Shown: one piece after another, positions 35,599-62,505 of the stretch
How the letters are laid out: each line of letters starts with the position of its first letter
Position numbering within the stretch: the first letter of the stretch is position 1
Source of the DNA: the human T2T-CHM13v2.0 reference genome, Homo sapiens
Direction: 5' to 3' (one strand)
NCBI RefSeq assembly: GCF_009914755.1
Contig: NC_060938.1
DNA length: 64,000 nucleotides
Position numbers and translations under genes: made by a program
The notes under the pieces: model-generated
Told to the model about the DNA's origin: nothing
Seen by the model: only the letters and a program-made list of their open reading frames with translations
The model's database searches: none

Positions 35599-36425
35599 TG
35601 AACTTGGGTTTTCTCATGAGGCAGTTACACTTGATTTATAACGTTCCTCTCAGCTTTAAAATTCCATAAAATTCCAGAAGCACTATCTACTAGTGAAACA
35701 ATTTACTGGGAGAAGTAGTGAGTCCCCTGTCACTGGAAGCATTCAAGCAGAGTGAGAATAGCCAGTTGTCTGATACGCTGTAGAGAGAATTCCTACATTA
35801 GGTAGGAGGTTAATATTTGATTTAAATAATTAAGCCAATAATAAAAAGTAGCACTGAGTATGTAATATGTGCCCAGCACTGCTCTAAGCATTTACACACA
35901 TCTCATTTGATCTTTTCGGTAACTGCATGGGGAGTGGGTACTATCCCCATTGTGCAGAGGCTACTCAGATCAGGGGCAGCACTAACCAGAGAGCTCACAG
36001 CTAGAGAGAGATGGAGATTGGAAATCAGATTGTTGCGGCCCCCAGCAAGTCCTAATCACCACCCAATTCTGTCAGCAGCCTCGGGGTTCTGGGATGGGCA
36101 TGTCTTCCCACTGGCCTGGGATCTGGGTGCAAGGTGACGTGCCTGCCTCCTACCCCTCTCCAGGGCAGGAAATTGAGCATGGAATGCAGACGGCAGGCTT
36201 GCCAACAAGGCCACTTTCCCACGGTCTACAGCAGAAAGAGGCTGCTTTCCGCTGCTTGGGCTGCAAATGCTCTGAGCCCTTCACCGGCAGCCTTATTTTA
36301 CAGAAGGTGAAAGCTAAAACCTAGAAACGGCAAGCTACCTACCCAACGTCACAGAACAAACAAGTGGCACAGCTGGGAAACATCTGCCTGGAGTCCTCAC
36401 TTCCAGGCCAGTGCTTGATGTTCTG

Positions 36426-36619
36426 TTTTTTTTTTTTTTGTTTTTTTTTTTTTGCAAGCTCCGCCTCCCGGGTTCTCGCCATTCTCCTGCCTCAGCCTCC
36501 TGAGTAGCTGTGACTACAGGCACCCGCCACCGTGCCCGACTAATTTTTTGTATTTTTAGTAGAGACGGGGTTTCACCGTGGTCTCGATCTCCTGACCTCG
36601 TGATCCACCCGCCTCGGCC
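36426..36619 (-). mobile_element. AluY(d-like), truncated at both ends, with poly(A)
   Basis: AluY sequence with 12-nt left-arm deletion (gagaccacggtgaaacc). TSD ttctgtttt at 36421-36429 and 36620-36628. Confidence 0.75.
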
Positions 36620-37142
36620 TTCTGTTTTGTTTTTAACTAAATCACATTACTGCAGTCGCTTACATGTGACAGTCCCTCAGTTTTCTGTTCTGAATATATC
36701 TCTTTTTAATCAAGGCCTATGCATCAACTACAGCAAATTGGAGATTCCCAAGAGTGGCAATTATTCTAAACGAAACTCTGCCTATGATATTCTAAAAATT
36801 CTAATCTAACCTCACTCCTGTGTCACACGAAACTCATTTCTTGTTGGTCCTGAATCCACACTTCTGCTCCTTTGAGGCAAGTTTCCCCCCTAACATTGAC
36901 CCCCAATTACATATTAACCTTTGCCCCAGCTGTCACCCAGCAGAATTCCCTCCGCAGTCCTCTCTGCTTATCTGGCCTGCTGGGAACTCACCATCAGACA
37001 GCACTGAGAATTCAACAACTGTTTCTTTCTTTTTTTTTTTTTTTTCTCAAGATCTGCTTTTAGGAGAAGCAATCATTTCAACACTGCATTACAAATGAAC
37101 TTATACCTCAGTCAGAAACAAGCAACCCCATTCCCCACATAA

Positions 37143-46015
<8,873 letters not shown>

Positions 46016-46299
46016 TGACCATGCATTTGTGCTAGATATATGCCTAGGAATGGAATTGCCAAGTCATATTTATTTCTATATCTGCCAATCTGTGTATACA
46101 TTAAAAATCAGGATCTCATACTGATGCCTCTGATTCTAATCTAACACAACAGGGTTCATTTTGCCCTTCTCTTTTTATTTGTAGTTCTTTCTTTGACAGT
46201 GAGAAGTCTACCTCCCACTAAACACAGTATATTTACTTATTTGCTGAATCTCAGAATACCCATAATATAGTTTCAGAGTTGGTAACCCATATTCCCTAA

Positions 46300-47500
46300 C
46301 TCTGTCTGCTGAGAGGCCCTAGACACAGTGACACGCCAGTAACAATGAGGACATCTACCACCCAGATCTTAGTTTCTAAATACATTCCCTCAAAAAAGGA
46401 AGCAGAGTTCTTTGGCGAAATGATTAAGAACAGGGCAGGGTCAGTGAAATTATAAAATAATCCTGGAACATCTTATGTCAGAAAGGAAGTGCTCAAAATA
46501 GAATAAGGGCATTTCAAACAAACACAGCGGGTGACTTGAAGATGCTCACATTGGCCATACCTGGGACAACTGGAGCAATGAAACAAATGATGTTAGTCAT
46601 GGATTATCACTGGTAGAATAAACTAAATATCCACGAGTTTGTACTGAAATAATTGCATAAGTAATTGGGAGAGAAGGGACAGCTCTTCCTTACCACTGAA
46701 TTACAATTAATAAATGGAGAAGGAATTATGAAAGTAGAAAAATCACCTGTTGGAAAACACAGTGGTAATGAATATTGCAGACAAGAATCACCAATGAATG
46801 CCAAAATTGGTGGGTGAAAGTATGATGATAAACAACATATTTACATAGTTTCCAAGAGAGCTCCTCATAAGATATTCATTAAGTTCAGAAGGAAAAATAG
46901 GACTTTACAATGGATAAATCTTTGCCACATCATCTCTCAAAGTTAATGTCTCCAGTAATAGGATGCAGCAATATCACATGTGCCTCCTGATGCGATGCAT
47001 GGGGAAGGGTATAACCTCGCTTCTGTGGTGTTCTCACCAAAAACACAAAACCTCATTCTCATTGTGAGAAAGCACTAGACAAACACAAGTTGGAGGACAT
47101 TCTACAAAATAATTGCCAGGACTCTTCAAGAGTGTCAAGGTTATGAAAGACAAAAATAGCCTGGATGATTTAAAACTGTCAAAATTATGAGAGGAGGAGA
47201 AAGACGGAGGAGCCGTTCTGGATGGAAGGATCCCACTGAGACACGGCAGTGGAATGCCACATGCAGTCCTGGATCGCATTCTGGAGAAGAAAAAGGACGT
47301 TAGTGGGGCTACTGGCAACACTGAATAAAGTCTGTAGATTCACAGACAGTATTGCATTAATGTTCATTTCCTGGCTTTGATAATTCTGTAGCTATGTGAG
47401 ATGTTAATATTTGGGGAGGCTGGTGAAGGTTATACAAGAATTTGCTGTACTCTTTTTGTAAACTCAAAATTATTTCCAAGGAAAAATACTTAAAAAGAAA
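46300..47500 (+). mobile_element. Old L1MC-type 3'UTR fragment
   Basis: Degenerate L1M 3'UTR motifs (aggactcttcaagagtgtcaaggttatgaaagac; atgttaatatttggggaggctgg). Confidence 0.6.
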
Positions 47501-48599
47501 AAGAAAGAGGGAATTGGATGGGTTTGTGTAATTCTTCAGCCAAAAACCTGCTGGCACCTCTGCCTACAGCATGAAGGGTTACTCTTTTGAGAGTGGCATT
47601 CAAGGCCCCCCATAATATGACCAAAATTTCCCCCAGATTTACTGCCCACTCTCCTGCCACACACCCACCTCCATCAATCTCCATGGTATGAATGATGCAC
47701 TGCTTAGGAAACTCCTACTCATGTTTAAAGACCCTGTCAGGGGCCTTTACTTTACACCCTCAGGAAGCAGAGTTAGTTGCCAGCTCTTCCTTGATCACCA
47801 GTCATCTCTCCTGGAAACCTTGATCCTCCTCCAGGGCCTCTGCAGGCCTAGCTGGCATTACTCACAACCCTCTCTGCACTCAGGAGACTTATAACCTGCA
47901 AGTACACACAGCAAAGAAAACATAGTGACAGGCCCAGGAAAGCGGGTTAGAGGCAGGGAGCAAAAGAATTCACATTCTTCTGTGACCACAGATGTTATTA
48001 TTACTCCCTCTTTGTTGGTGAGACTCAGGGAGAGGAGGTGAATGGCCTGAAGCTATACCACTAGCAAGAACAAAGTCACGATTTGAACTCAATTCCTTTG
48101 CCTCCCTTACTAAGAGATACTAACTCGGAAATGCTCTGAACAGTCAGCCAAGCAATGTCTTCAGACAGTTTATATTTTACTCTGACTGTCACCTCAAGGA
48201 GCCAAAATAAGATCATCTCCCTAGAGAGCATTGCAGAGAAAATTTTCAAAGAGCTGGAGGGAAATGCCAACCCACTTCTACCCACCGAACCCACAGGGAA
48301 TTCATAGCTTGATGTATTTTCAGGAAATAGCCATGGATTTCACAGTGAACTGAATTGACACTTAGCAATGTGAACCTGCTGCTAAAACATCTCAAAACCG
48401 ACTACGTGGACACCAGGCACTGCGGGTGGCTGAGTTCTTTTGCTGGGCCCTCAATTTAGGCCAGTTTCCTCCCCTTCTAAATGTGGATTTATCAATTCAA
48501 AAGACACTGGTTGGAAAACTGCTATTGCTAAGCTCTGGGATAATCACAGAAGCCATTGCATAGGGTAGCAGCCAAGATTAACTGAAAACTAGACTATGT

Positions 48600-50388
<1,789 letters not shown>

Positions 50389-50675
50389 TGATCTGCCCAC
50401 CTCGGCCTCCTGAAGTGCTGCGATTACAGGTGTGAGCCACCATGCCCAGGCATAACTCTTAGTATTAAACCTCTACCCTCACGCTACACTTGGCTTCTCC
50501 CTGTACCAAGCAGACCTCCCCGTCTTCCTACAGCTTCTCCTACCTGGGAGGATTCAGGGCCACATGTAAGAAAGGGGGCAGAGCCGGGCGCGGTGTCTCA
50601 CGCCTGTAATCCCAGCACTTTGGGAGGCCGAGGCGGGCGGATCATGAGGTCAGGAGATCGAGACCATCCTGGCTA

Positions 50676-51380
<705 letters not shown>

Positions 51381-51385
51381 AACAG

Positions 51386-51855
51386 CTCTCTTTCTGCCTC
51401 CACTGCTGCCATGGCACCCGGGAAAAAGCTTGTGGTGAATGGGGGCAAAAAAGGAAGCAGGTTCTGAAGTTCACTCTTGATTGCACCCACCCTGTGGAAG
51501 ATGGAATCACGGATGCTGCCAATTTTGAGCAGTTTTTGCAAGAGAGGATCAAAGTGAACTGAAAAGCTGGGAAGCTTGGTGGAGGGGTGGTGACCATCAA
51601 AAGGAGCAAGAGCAAGATCACCATGACATCTGAGGTGCCTTTTTCCAAAAGGTATTTGAAATATCACACCAAAAATTTTTGAAGAAGAATAATCTACGTG
51701 ATTGGTTTGCGTAGCTGCTAACAGCAAACAGAGTTATGTTACTTCCAAATTAACCAGGACGAGAAAGAGGAGGGAGATGAGGATTAAATTTCATTTATCT
51801 GGAATATTTTGTATGAGTTCTTGAACAAAACTTGCGAACCAAAAAAAAAAAAAAA
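51386..51855 (+). pseudogene. RPL22P: RPL22 processed pseudogene (CDS-equivalent 51411-51787)
   Basis: 5'TOP-like ctctctttc. [67 protein letters not shown]. Frameshifts and a TGA at 51559-51561. Poly(A) at 51841-51855. Confidence 0.94.
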
Positions 51856-54009
51856 GTAACAAAAAACTACTTTTTCCTTTTTTGAGATGGGTCTCACTCT
51901 GTCACCCAGGCTGGCATGCAGTGGTGTAATCACAGTTTGCTGTAGCCTCGACTTCCTGAGCTCGTCATCCTTCTACCTCAGCCTCCTGAGTAGCTGGGAC
52001 TACAGGTGTGCCACCACACCCGGCTAATTTTTAGATTTTTTTGTAGAGCCAGGGTATTGCTATATTTTCCAGGCTGGTCTTGAACTCCTGAATGCAAGCC
52101 ATCCTCCCACTTCAGCCTCCTAAAGTGCTAGGATTACAGGAGTGAGCCACTGCATCCAACCTCAAAAAACTTAAATCTCAACCTGTCGAGTCGCCCCCTC
52201 CTTTCCTTCCCTCAACAGAGACATCCACATTCACACTTCACTGGCTCACTTTCTCCGGCTATAACTTCTGTGCCTTGGGTTAGTAGCCCCTGTCCATCTG
52301 TGCAGAGAATGGGCTAGCCTTGCCCAGTGCTCACTGAGAGCTCTCCCAGCATGGGTCTTCCTGGTATCTCTGGAAATCCTCTCTTGTGCCAAAGGGAGAA
52401 GACAAGGAGGCTTTGTACAGCTCAGGCACTCCCAACCACTGAGGCTCTTTTAATTGGGCTGTCCTCTCACCCCACTTCTCTCCCCAGAGAGATGACCAGC
52501 CCCTATTTCCTGTTTCCTTTGCCCTTTGCCTTTGGGTATGAGTTGGGAGAGCAAGCTCCTGCCAGATTCCCCACCACTTGTGCCCCGGCCCAGCCAGGCT
52601 GGGAGAACCTGCGCACATCCTGTAGCATTGCCTGTGGAGGCAACACAGGCGCCTGGGAAACAAATCCCCAAATTCCTAAATAGTACCTGTGTGCCCTGGG
52701 CCACCTCCTAACTTCTGCAAGCTTCACACTCTACATGCTTCCATAACCGTGGCAGGTTCCATCACAATCTGTGTGGATTATGAGGATATGGGAGCATTAA
52801 GTGAAAGAGAAAAGTCTGCACATTACGGCACTTCATTCATGCAGGTGGTTATGAGGGTTCTCCCCTAAATGCACAGGGCTTGCCACTCTGCGCTCCCTCC
52901 ATATCCCATTTGTCCCTTTCTCACCTCCACACTTCTCCAGATTCTCTATTTAGTGCCTTTCCCAGGACTTGAGAGTCAAGAGGCCTGATCATGCTGAGGA
53001 CCATGAATTTTGGAACCAGATCTACCTAGCTTCCAAACTGGGATCTGCCACTCTCTACCCTTGAATCAAATATATTTAATATATCTTATTTTTTAAAATG
53101 GGGATAAGGATATCTACTTGATAGGTTTACTGATGCAAGAATTAAATAGGATAATGCATATACAGCCTCAGCACAATACCGGGTTCAGAGAAGTTTAGCA
53201 AATAATAGAATAATAAATAATAAGAGGTATTATTAGATCCAGCTGGGTACCCCCTTGCTTTGAGGCCTGGCATATGATTGGCATATTTCTCTAGTTCCTG
53301 CCACTGATGCCAGTCTCCCCTATCTTTAATTTCACTGGTCACTTTAGAGAATACTGGAAGGAGGAGGTTTGTTAACTGGGTTCACTGGCTCCATACTATC
53401 ATTTTGCCCAGGAGTTTCCCTTTACATATTTGGGCTGCTTTCTCTTGGTATAAGGAAATAAATTGATTTCCAAACACTTATCTTAATTTTTTTTTTGAGA
53501 CAGTCTCGCTCAGCTGCCCAGGCTGGAGTGCAGTGGCAGGATCTCAGCTCACTGAAACCTCCACCCTCTGGATTCAAGCGGTTCTCCTGCCTCAGCCTCC
53601 CTAGCAGCTGGGATTACAGGCGTGTGCTACCACGCCCGGCTAATTTCTGTATTTTTAGTGGAGATAGGGTTTCCCCATGTTGCCCAGGCTGGTCTTGAAC
53701 TCCTGACCTCAAGTGATCCACCCGCCTCTGCCTCTCAAAGTGCTGGGATTACAGACGTGAGCCACCGTGCCCAGCCAAACACTTGTTGATAGTGGCATCT
53801 TTTTAAATTTTTTTAATTTTTAATTTTTAATTTGCAAATTATTTTTTTAGAACAGTGTCTCACTCTGTCACCCAGGCTGGGGTGCAGTGATATAATCATA
53901 GTTCACTGCTGCCTCAAACTCCTAGGCTTAAGCGATCTTCCTGCTTCAGCTTCCCCAATAATAGGCGCATGCCACAACGCCCAGCTAATGCTTATTATTA
54001 TTTTTTTAA

Positions 54010-54360
<351 letters not shown>

Positions 54361-54889
54361 TGAAAAATTATAAGTGTAAAAATTAAAAAGTAGTTATCTT
54401 GTTAAGGAAATGTCCCATTATTTCCTCTATTTTTATCCTAAGTTTGTTGTTATTACTGTTTTTAAGTTAGGGAGGGTTGTTTAATTTCATCAAATATGGT
54501 TTCAGTATTTATTGAAATTATAAGTCTATTTTGCATTTTTGTTTCCTTGACCTTGTGACAGACGTGATGTATAGAGATTTTCCCAGAACTCCCCTTGGAA
54601 ATGAGTAGCTAGCAAACTACTTTATGTTCGAAGTAGTGGCAAAAGGTTGGACCACACAGTACAGAGAATTAGGACATTTAGATATCCACTTAGGGAAAAA
54701 TTTAAGTTCGATACCTTCCTTGTGACCACAAAAAAATTCTAGATGGATTAGACATTAGACCTTGAGAAAACCTTAAAACTATTTGAAGAAAACATAGAAA
54801 AATATCTTTATAGCCTTGATTCAAGGAATCATAAAAGCCACCGCACCCGGCCAACCTTGCATTTTCATATTATAGAGATGACTTCTTTC

Positions 54890-56000
<1,111 letters not shown>

Positions 56001-56214
56001 TAAAACTTAGTGGGCCCGTACATGAGACTTCTCTGCATTATTTCTTTTTTTTCTTTGTAGAGATGGCGTCTCTCTGTCATCCAGGCTGGAATGCAGTGGC
56101 ACCATCACAGCTCACTGCATCTTTCAACTCCTGAGCTTCAAGGGATCCTCCTGCCTCAGCCTCCCAAGTAACTGGAGTCACAGGCATGGGCCACCACACC
56201 GCGCCCAGCCTGTC

Positions 56215-56655
56215 TTTTCATTCTTAACAGTGTCTCTGGCACAGCAGACATGTTTCACTTTAATGAGGTCCATCTTGTCCATTTTTTCTTTCGTAGATGG
56301 TGTTTTTGTGTTGCATCTAGAAACTCATTGCCAAACCCAAGGTCACCTAGATTTTCTCCTATGTTATTAAACTTACAGAAGTTTGCTAGTTTTGTGTTAC
56401 ATTTAGGTCTATGGTCTGTTTTGTGTTAATTGTTGGGAAAGGTGTAAGGTCAGTGTTTATATTCATTATTCCACATGTGGATGTCTAGTTGTTTCCAGCA
56501 CTATTTATTGTCAAGACAATCTTTTCTCCATTAAATTGCGTTTGCTCCTCTGCCAAAGATGAGTGGCCTCTATTTGTATGGGTCTATTTCTGGGGTGCTT
56601 ATTTTGTTCCATTGATCTATTTACCTATTCTTTTGCCAGTACTTCACTGTCTTAA
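56215..56655 (-). mobile_element. Old L1 ORF2 fragment
   Basis: ccaaacccaaggtcacctagattttctcct; gtttccagcactatttattg; ttttgttccattgatcta. Confidence 0.7.
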
Positions 56656-57378
56656 TACATACAGAAGACAACATAAACAAAGTAGGAAGTCAACTATAAA
56701 TGAGAACAAAGTACTTGCATTTTTCCCCCAAAGTATTTTAACCAAACATTTTGCAAAAAATCAAAATGCAAAAATATAAGAATGTCAACAAATTTGCTCA
56801 ACTATAACAGAAAAAGAAAGCTTACAAGAGAATGTAGAGCTCAGAGTTTCTATTTACTGTTCATTAGATAAATGGTTTAAATGGACTGAAAACCCTGAAA
56901 AACTGCTCAAATTATAAAGAATCTATGAAATACTATGGAAGCATTTTCTAACCTGTTTCTGAAACCTCTGAAAAAAACTCATCATGTATCAATACAAGCT
57001 AACTTGCTTTACAGAAATAAAAGGAAAACTATACATTTCATTACATGTATACATGTGTCTTTCACATACTTGTAACTCAGAAAACCATGCTTTCACAAAT
57101 ATAATAATAGAAATACCATAATATTAGCAATCATAACATTCGTGAAACTATAAAGAAAAAACTGGCTGGATGCTGTCTCTTACACCCTAGAACCCAGGTT
57201 CTGGTCAGGGCTTCTCTTGGTTGTATGAATTCACCTCATGGAACTGTCGTAAGACTCAAAAGAGATAGTGTAAACAAAAGCATCCTGTAAACTGTATTAG
57301 CCTGTAGATATGTGGTTCATGTAAATCCAGGCACTTTAATGGCTGACAGCTGCCCCGGCAGAACCGCTTCTCTCGGTT

Positions 57379-59500
57379 CTTTTTTTTTTTTTTTTTTTTT
57401 TACAGGGAAACTAAAGAATTCTTTTATTCTGTTAAACAGAATAAAAAGGAAAAAAGAATACAGACATCACGGTGATGAACTTTCACAAAGCTAACAGATT
57501 TGAACTACAGAGCAATGGAATATTCATAAGCAAGATGTCATGGTATTAATGACCAAATGGCATCCAACTAGGTTTTCTAAGCTCAAAAACATTTAAAATC
57601 TCAGACTTAAAATTCAAATCTAGACATGACAATTGTAAGCACACCACTCAGTCATTTAAAACTATGCAGTGAGTGCTACTCCTCATTAAATTTTTTTTCG
57701 TGTTATTTTTTTCTCCCAAGATTTAGAATGTCACATCTCATGTTCTTACTAGTAATCACACACAGGATTAAAAGCCCAACCAAACAAGAAAGTATTCTTT
57801 TTATAATGTGTTCTTAAAAGAAGAAAGAAAAATTAAATGTGAACATTTTGTACAACAGTTGCTAAAGAACAGCAACACCAATTCTGAAATATCATGTGGA
57901 CTATGCAAAAAGGCACGGCTCATGGAACCAAGTATATAACGCTACAGCATTTGAACATCAGTCTCTAAAAGTTGGTGATATTACATCCTGTACACAGCTC
58001 TGTGTCTCTCTACCCGGCTAGCGCATGCCCAGGATCTCTCTGCTTTTTAGTTGATAATTTTTCTCAATATCTGACAGGGCTTGAGCCCGCAGCTGGGCAG
58101 CATGAAGCATGAAGCAAGGACCTTCAGGTCCTTGCACTTGGACTTAGATGTGAGCTGACTCTCAGGATTCTCACTCCTCATGACATTCTCTTTACTTTCC
58201 CCACTGAAATGAACTTTCTTCTTAATTACTGAGGATGGAAGATTAAGAAGTTCTGGACTACTTGCCAGAGACAGGAACTTCTGTTCCTTTAGCAAGCTGT
58301 AATTCTTCAACAGATTTTCTGGTATAGCCAGTCTGTCCTCTGCTAGTCTCTCACAAACACAAAGCTCCTGTTCTTTCTGCTCCAATCTTTCTTCTCCTGC
58401 TTTGAGAGCTCGCTCTTGCTCCTCTAACTGAATTTCCTTTAGTTTCAGCTCACTCAATACAGGGCTGGAATCCAGCAATTTTTCTGGCTCTCCTAATTGT
58501 CGCCCTCTTCTCTCAAGATTTCTTCTTTGCTCTTCTGCAACCAAATCTGCTATTAAAGGGTTCTCGAGAATTTCTTCAACAGAAGGTTGATGGTAATCCT
58601 CTAACATCCTCATAATAATTTCATTCAATTCATCAGAGTAACGGTATAGAATTCGCCTGAATTTGCCTTCTCTGATTTTCCCAGCGAGTTCTTTCTGGCT
58701 AAAAGCTGTAAATGGAGGCATTAATGCACGTGACTCATACGGCAAGCAGCCCAATGACCAGATATCTGGTTTCTCATTGTAGGACATGTGATTCGTTTGT
58801 TCAGGAGACATGTAATAAGGTATGCCAACAAATGTTTTTGCAAAACTCGTGTCGTGGTTTAATATTCTGGCTAGCCCCAAATCTCCAAGCTTGACGTTTT
58901 GCTTGCCATCCAGGAAAACACTGGCTGGTTTCAGATCCCGACGCACTACAGTATGATCACCACCACTTCGTCTGTGGCATTACTTCAGGGCCAGAGTCAA
59001 CTGAGTCGTCACTCGAAGAACAAACTCTTCATCTAAGTATTGCCTTTCCTTGGTTCCCTTTGTAATTACACTAGCCAGGTCTCCTTCTTCACAATATTCC
59101 ATTACAACGTACAGTGTTGTGTTGGTCCGGTCAATAATACGATCATAGTAATGAACGATGTTTGGATTTTTCAGTTTACAAAGCAAATTCACTTCAGAAA
59201 TAAGCATCTGTTTCTCAGCTTCTGTCATGAAGCCATAATCAAGTTCTTTCCAAACTAGTATCTTGCCGTCACTCTTCCGCTGGATCTTCTGGCAGCGGCC
59301 ATAGGAGCCTGTGCCAATGGTGTACAACACTTCATAGTTCTCAGCCCGGGATGGCATGGCCGGCCAGTCACCAGAGTGGCGCTGCCTCATGCAGGTTGTG
59401 CCCCCAAGTGCGGAGCTCCAGGGACCGGGAGCTCCAGGGACCTGGATGGAGAAGCCCCCGAGCAACACTGACCTGCCACCCCTGCCTTCGGCCCCGTTTC
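57379..59500 (-). pseudogene. NEK2P: NEK2 (NEK2A isoform) full-length processed pseudogene (CDS-equivalent 59357-58018)
   Basis: MPSRAENYEVLYTIGTGSYGRCQKI..KILVWKELDYG..; stop at 58980-58982; HRD->RRD and DFG->DLG; C-terminal frameshift before ..ILGMR*. Intronless. T-tail 57379-57401. TSD-like tctcggttctt (~57371) / tctcgattctt (~59503). Confidence 0.96.
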
Positions 59501-60354
59501 TCTCTCGATTCTTAAACAACTTATATTTCCAAGTCCAGTTCAAAAGTTGTATTCTTGGAAGCCTCCGCATCCCACCTGTCCATCCAGGCAGAACTAATCC
59601 ATCTACACTCTAGTATTATGCTCTCATAACTCTTGGCTCTTCACCAATTCATTCAAGGGTATAATGAGCATTTAAAATATGTCAGGCATCAGGCTATGCA
59701 CTGGAGAAAAAAATCCTAAATGTGTAAAACTTCCAAAGTTTTCTCACATACATTATCTCATTTCATACTTTAAAAAAATATCCCATAGGATGATAATTTT
59801 TTGTTAACAATTTCTCCTACCAGAATGAATTCCCAGGGGGTAGAAACTAAGTGTGATTCATCCTTGACTCCCTAGAGTCTAGTGCAGTGCCTAGCACACC
59901 GAAGACACTCATTAAATGCTTGATAAAGGAGTAACAGACACTTGTTTAATTACTAAAATATCAATCAGGGTTAACACTGAAATAATCTTTCCACAAAGTT
60001 TCTACAGGGGAAAGGGGAAAATACATTGTATGAACACATCTGTGGAGCGAAAATTCCTCCCTATGATAGACCATCTCCAACTCAAGTTTAACTGTTTAAC
60101 AAAGCCATGTAGCAACTGAAGATGGATTTGATTTCACTATTAAGAGTAACAAGCTCTAACTGAAGAACAGTGAGTTCTGCATAAAAGCTCCTGTGCAGAT
60201 CATTCTGCTTGGTAAAACTGGACGTTATTGCACAAACATTAAAATAAACATTTAAACTTGGCCGGGCGTGGGTGGCTCACGCCTATAATCACAGCATTTT
60301 GGGAAGCTGAGGCGGGTGGATCACGAGGTCAGGAGATCAAGACCATCCTGGCTA

Positions 60355-60567
<213 letters not shown>

Positions 60568-61031
60568 TTAAATTGAGAGACTATATAAATGGGTTTATCA
60601 TCCTTTTCTCCTTTAGTATTTACTTTTCTTAATCTCACATCATGTTCTGCTTTACATAAAAAAGCCTCACAGTTTACAAAGCCCTTTCCCATATATGGTC
60701 TTAGCAATCCTGTAGATACCATCAAAAGCATCTTGGAGAGGTAGTGCAGTACTGGAGAAGCAACACAATGAGAAGACCTGGGCTTGAATCTTAGCTTTTA
60801 CTAGCTGCATGACCTTAGGGATATGTAGCTAAAACTGCAGAAGAAATAAAAATGAATATGTGTCTAAAATTATAGAAGAAATAAAAAATGAAAACATTTT
60901 TAATGTTTTTAAAATGCCTACAACTTTGGATCACACAAATGACCAAGCTGATGAACCTTAAAAATTCAAAATATCGGCTGGGTGTGGTGGCCCTTGCCTG
61001 TAATCCCAGGACTTTGGGATTCACCTGGCTA

Positions 61032-61232
<201 letters not shown>

Positions 61233-61662
61233 TCAGCTTCTTGAGTGGCTGAGATTATAGACGTGTGCCCCCACGCCCTACTATTTTTTATTTTTAGTAG
61301 AGATGGGGTTTTGCCATGTTCCAGGCTGGTCTCGAACTCCTGACCTCAAGTGATCCACCCGCTTTGGCCTCCCAAAGTGCTGGGAGCCACCATGCCTGGC
61401 TAATCCCACTTTCTGACTTTGGCCACTGCACTGAGGGGGATATTCTGGCAGTGTCGTTATCACTGGGGAAACGAAGGCCAGGGAGCATTGCCTTATGGGC
61501 TGTGACTGTTTCTTCAGCTGCTTTCACATAAGCTTTGACAGCCTGCCCCCTCAGCAGGAAGGACAGGGATGGCTGTCACCGGCAGGCCCAGGCCCAGCCC
61601 CTCAGCCAGGTAGGATGGCCGGAGGATGCCAGGCAGCACTGGCTCCCCAGCCTGGGGCTCAC

Positions 61663-61845
61663 CGCTCTCATCCAGGTCCTCCAGGCGCACTGTCTGGTGG
61701 GGCACGGGGCCATCCACAACTCGCTCCAGGATGCCTTGGACCAGGGCTGGCTGGTTGCCTGGGCAAACCCTGAGGTGCTCCCCACCGCAGGTAGTTCAGG
61801 CCTTGGCTGTCCTCACAGGAGAGTTCCACCAGGATGGTGATGTGG
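61663..61845 (-). pseudogene. NOS2P: NOS2 (inducible nitric oxide synthase) single-exon unprocessed fragment
   Basis: ttccttcccaag| TILVELSCEDSQGLNYL (1-nt frameshift) GEHLRVCPGNQPALVQGILERVVDGPVPHQTVRLEDLDES |gtgag. Matches the NOS2 reductase-region exon. Neighbouring exons absent. Confidence 0.88.
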
Positions 61846-62505
61846 CTTGGGAAGGAAAAAGAAGCCTCAGGTGGGCTGGGCCCTGTGGCTCACGCCTATA
61901 ATCCAAGCACTTTGGGAGGCTGAGGTGAGCGGATCACCTGAGGTCAGGAGTTCAAGACCAGTCTAAGCAACATGGTGAAAACCTGTCTCTGCTAAAAATT
62001 ACAAAAAATTAGCTGGGTGTGGTGGTGGCTGTAATCCCAGCTACTCAGCAGGCTGAGGCACATACTGGACATAGGGACACCAGAAATCAACTGGCTGGCC
62101 AGCACCTAACATTAAAGGTCCTGCCAAGCAGAGATATTTTTTAGCTGAATCATATTTTCTTTCTGGAATTTTAGACATGCAAGTACTGAGATAATGAAGG
62201 GATTACTATCTGGGGCAAAAGCTGAAAGGATACAGAAAGATGAAAATCATGAGGAAGAGCTGAACACAAAACCAAGAGACAGTCAAAGAGTGTAGCCAGT
62301 TCCAGAACCCACAGCCATCTAGTTCTCTCTATATCTGGGTAGGCTCTGCTCTAATTCATGCTTTTCCTAAGATCCTTAAGAAAATACAAATGACTGCTTT
62401 GCAATAAAAGCCTAACTGGAACAACTTAAATTGATCGCCCAGGCTCTCACAGGTAAACTCAAGATTTGGTGACTAACAATGAGGAAGATAAAAGAAATAA
62501 GAGGA

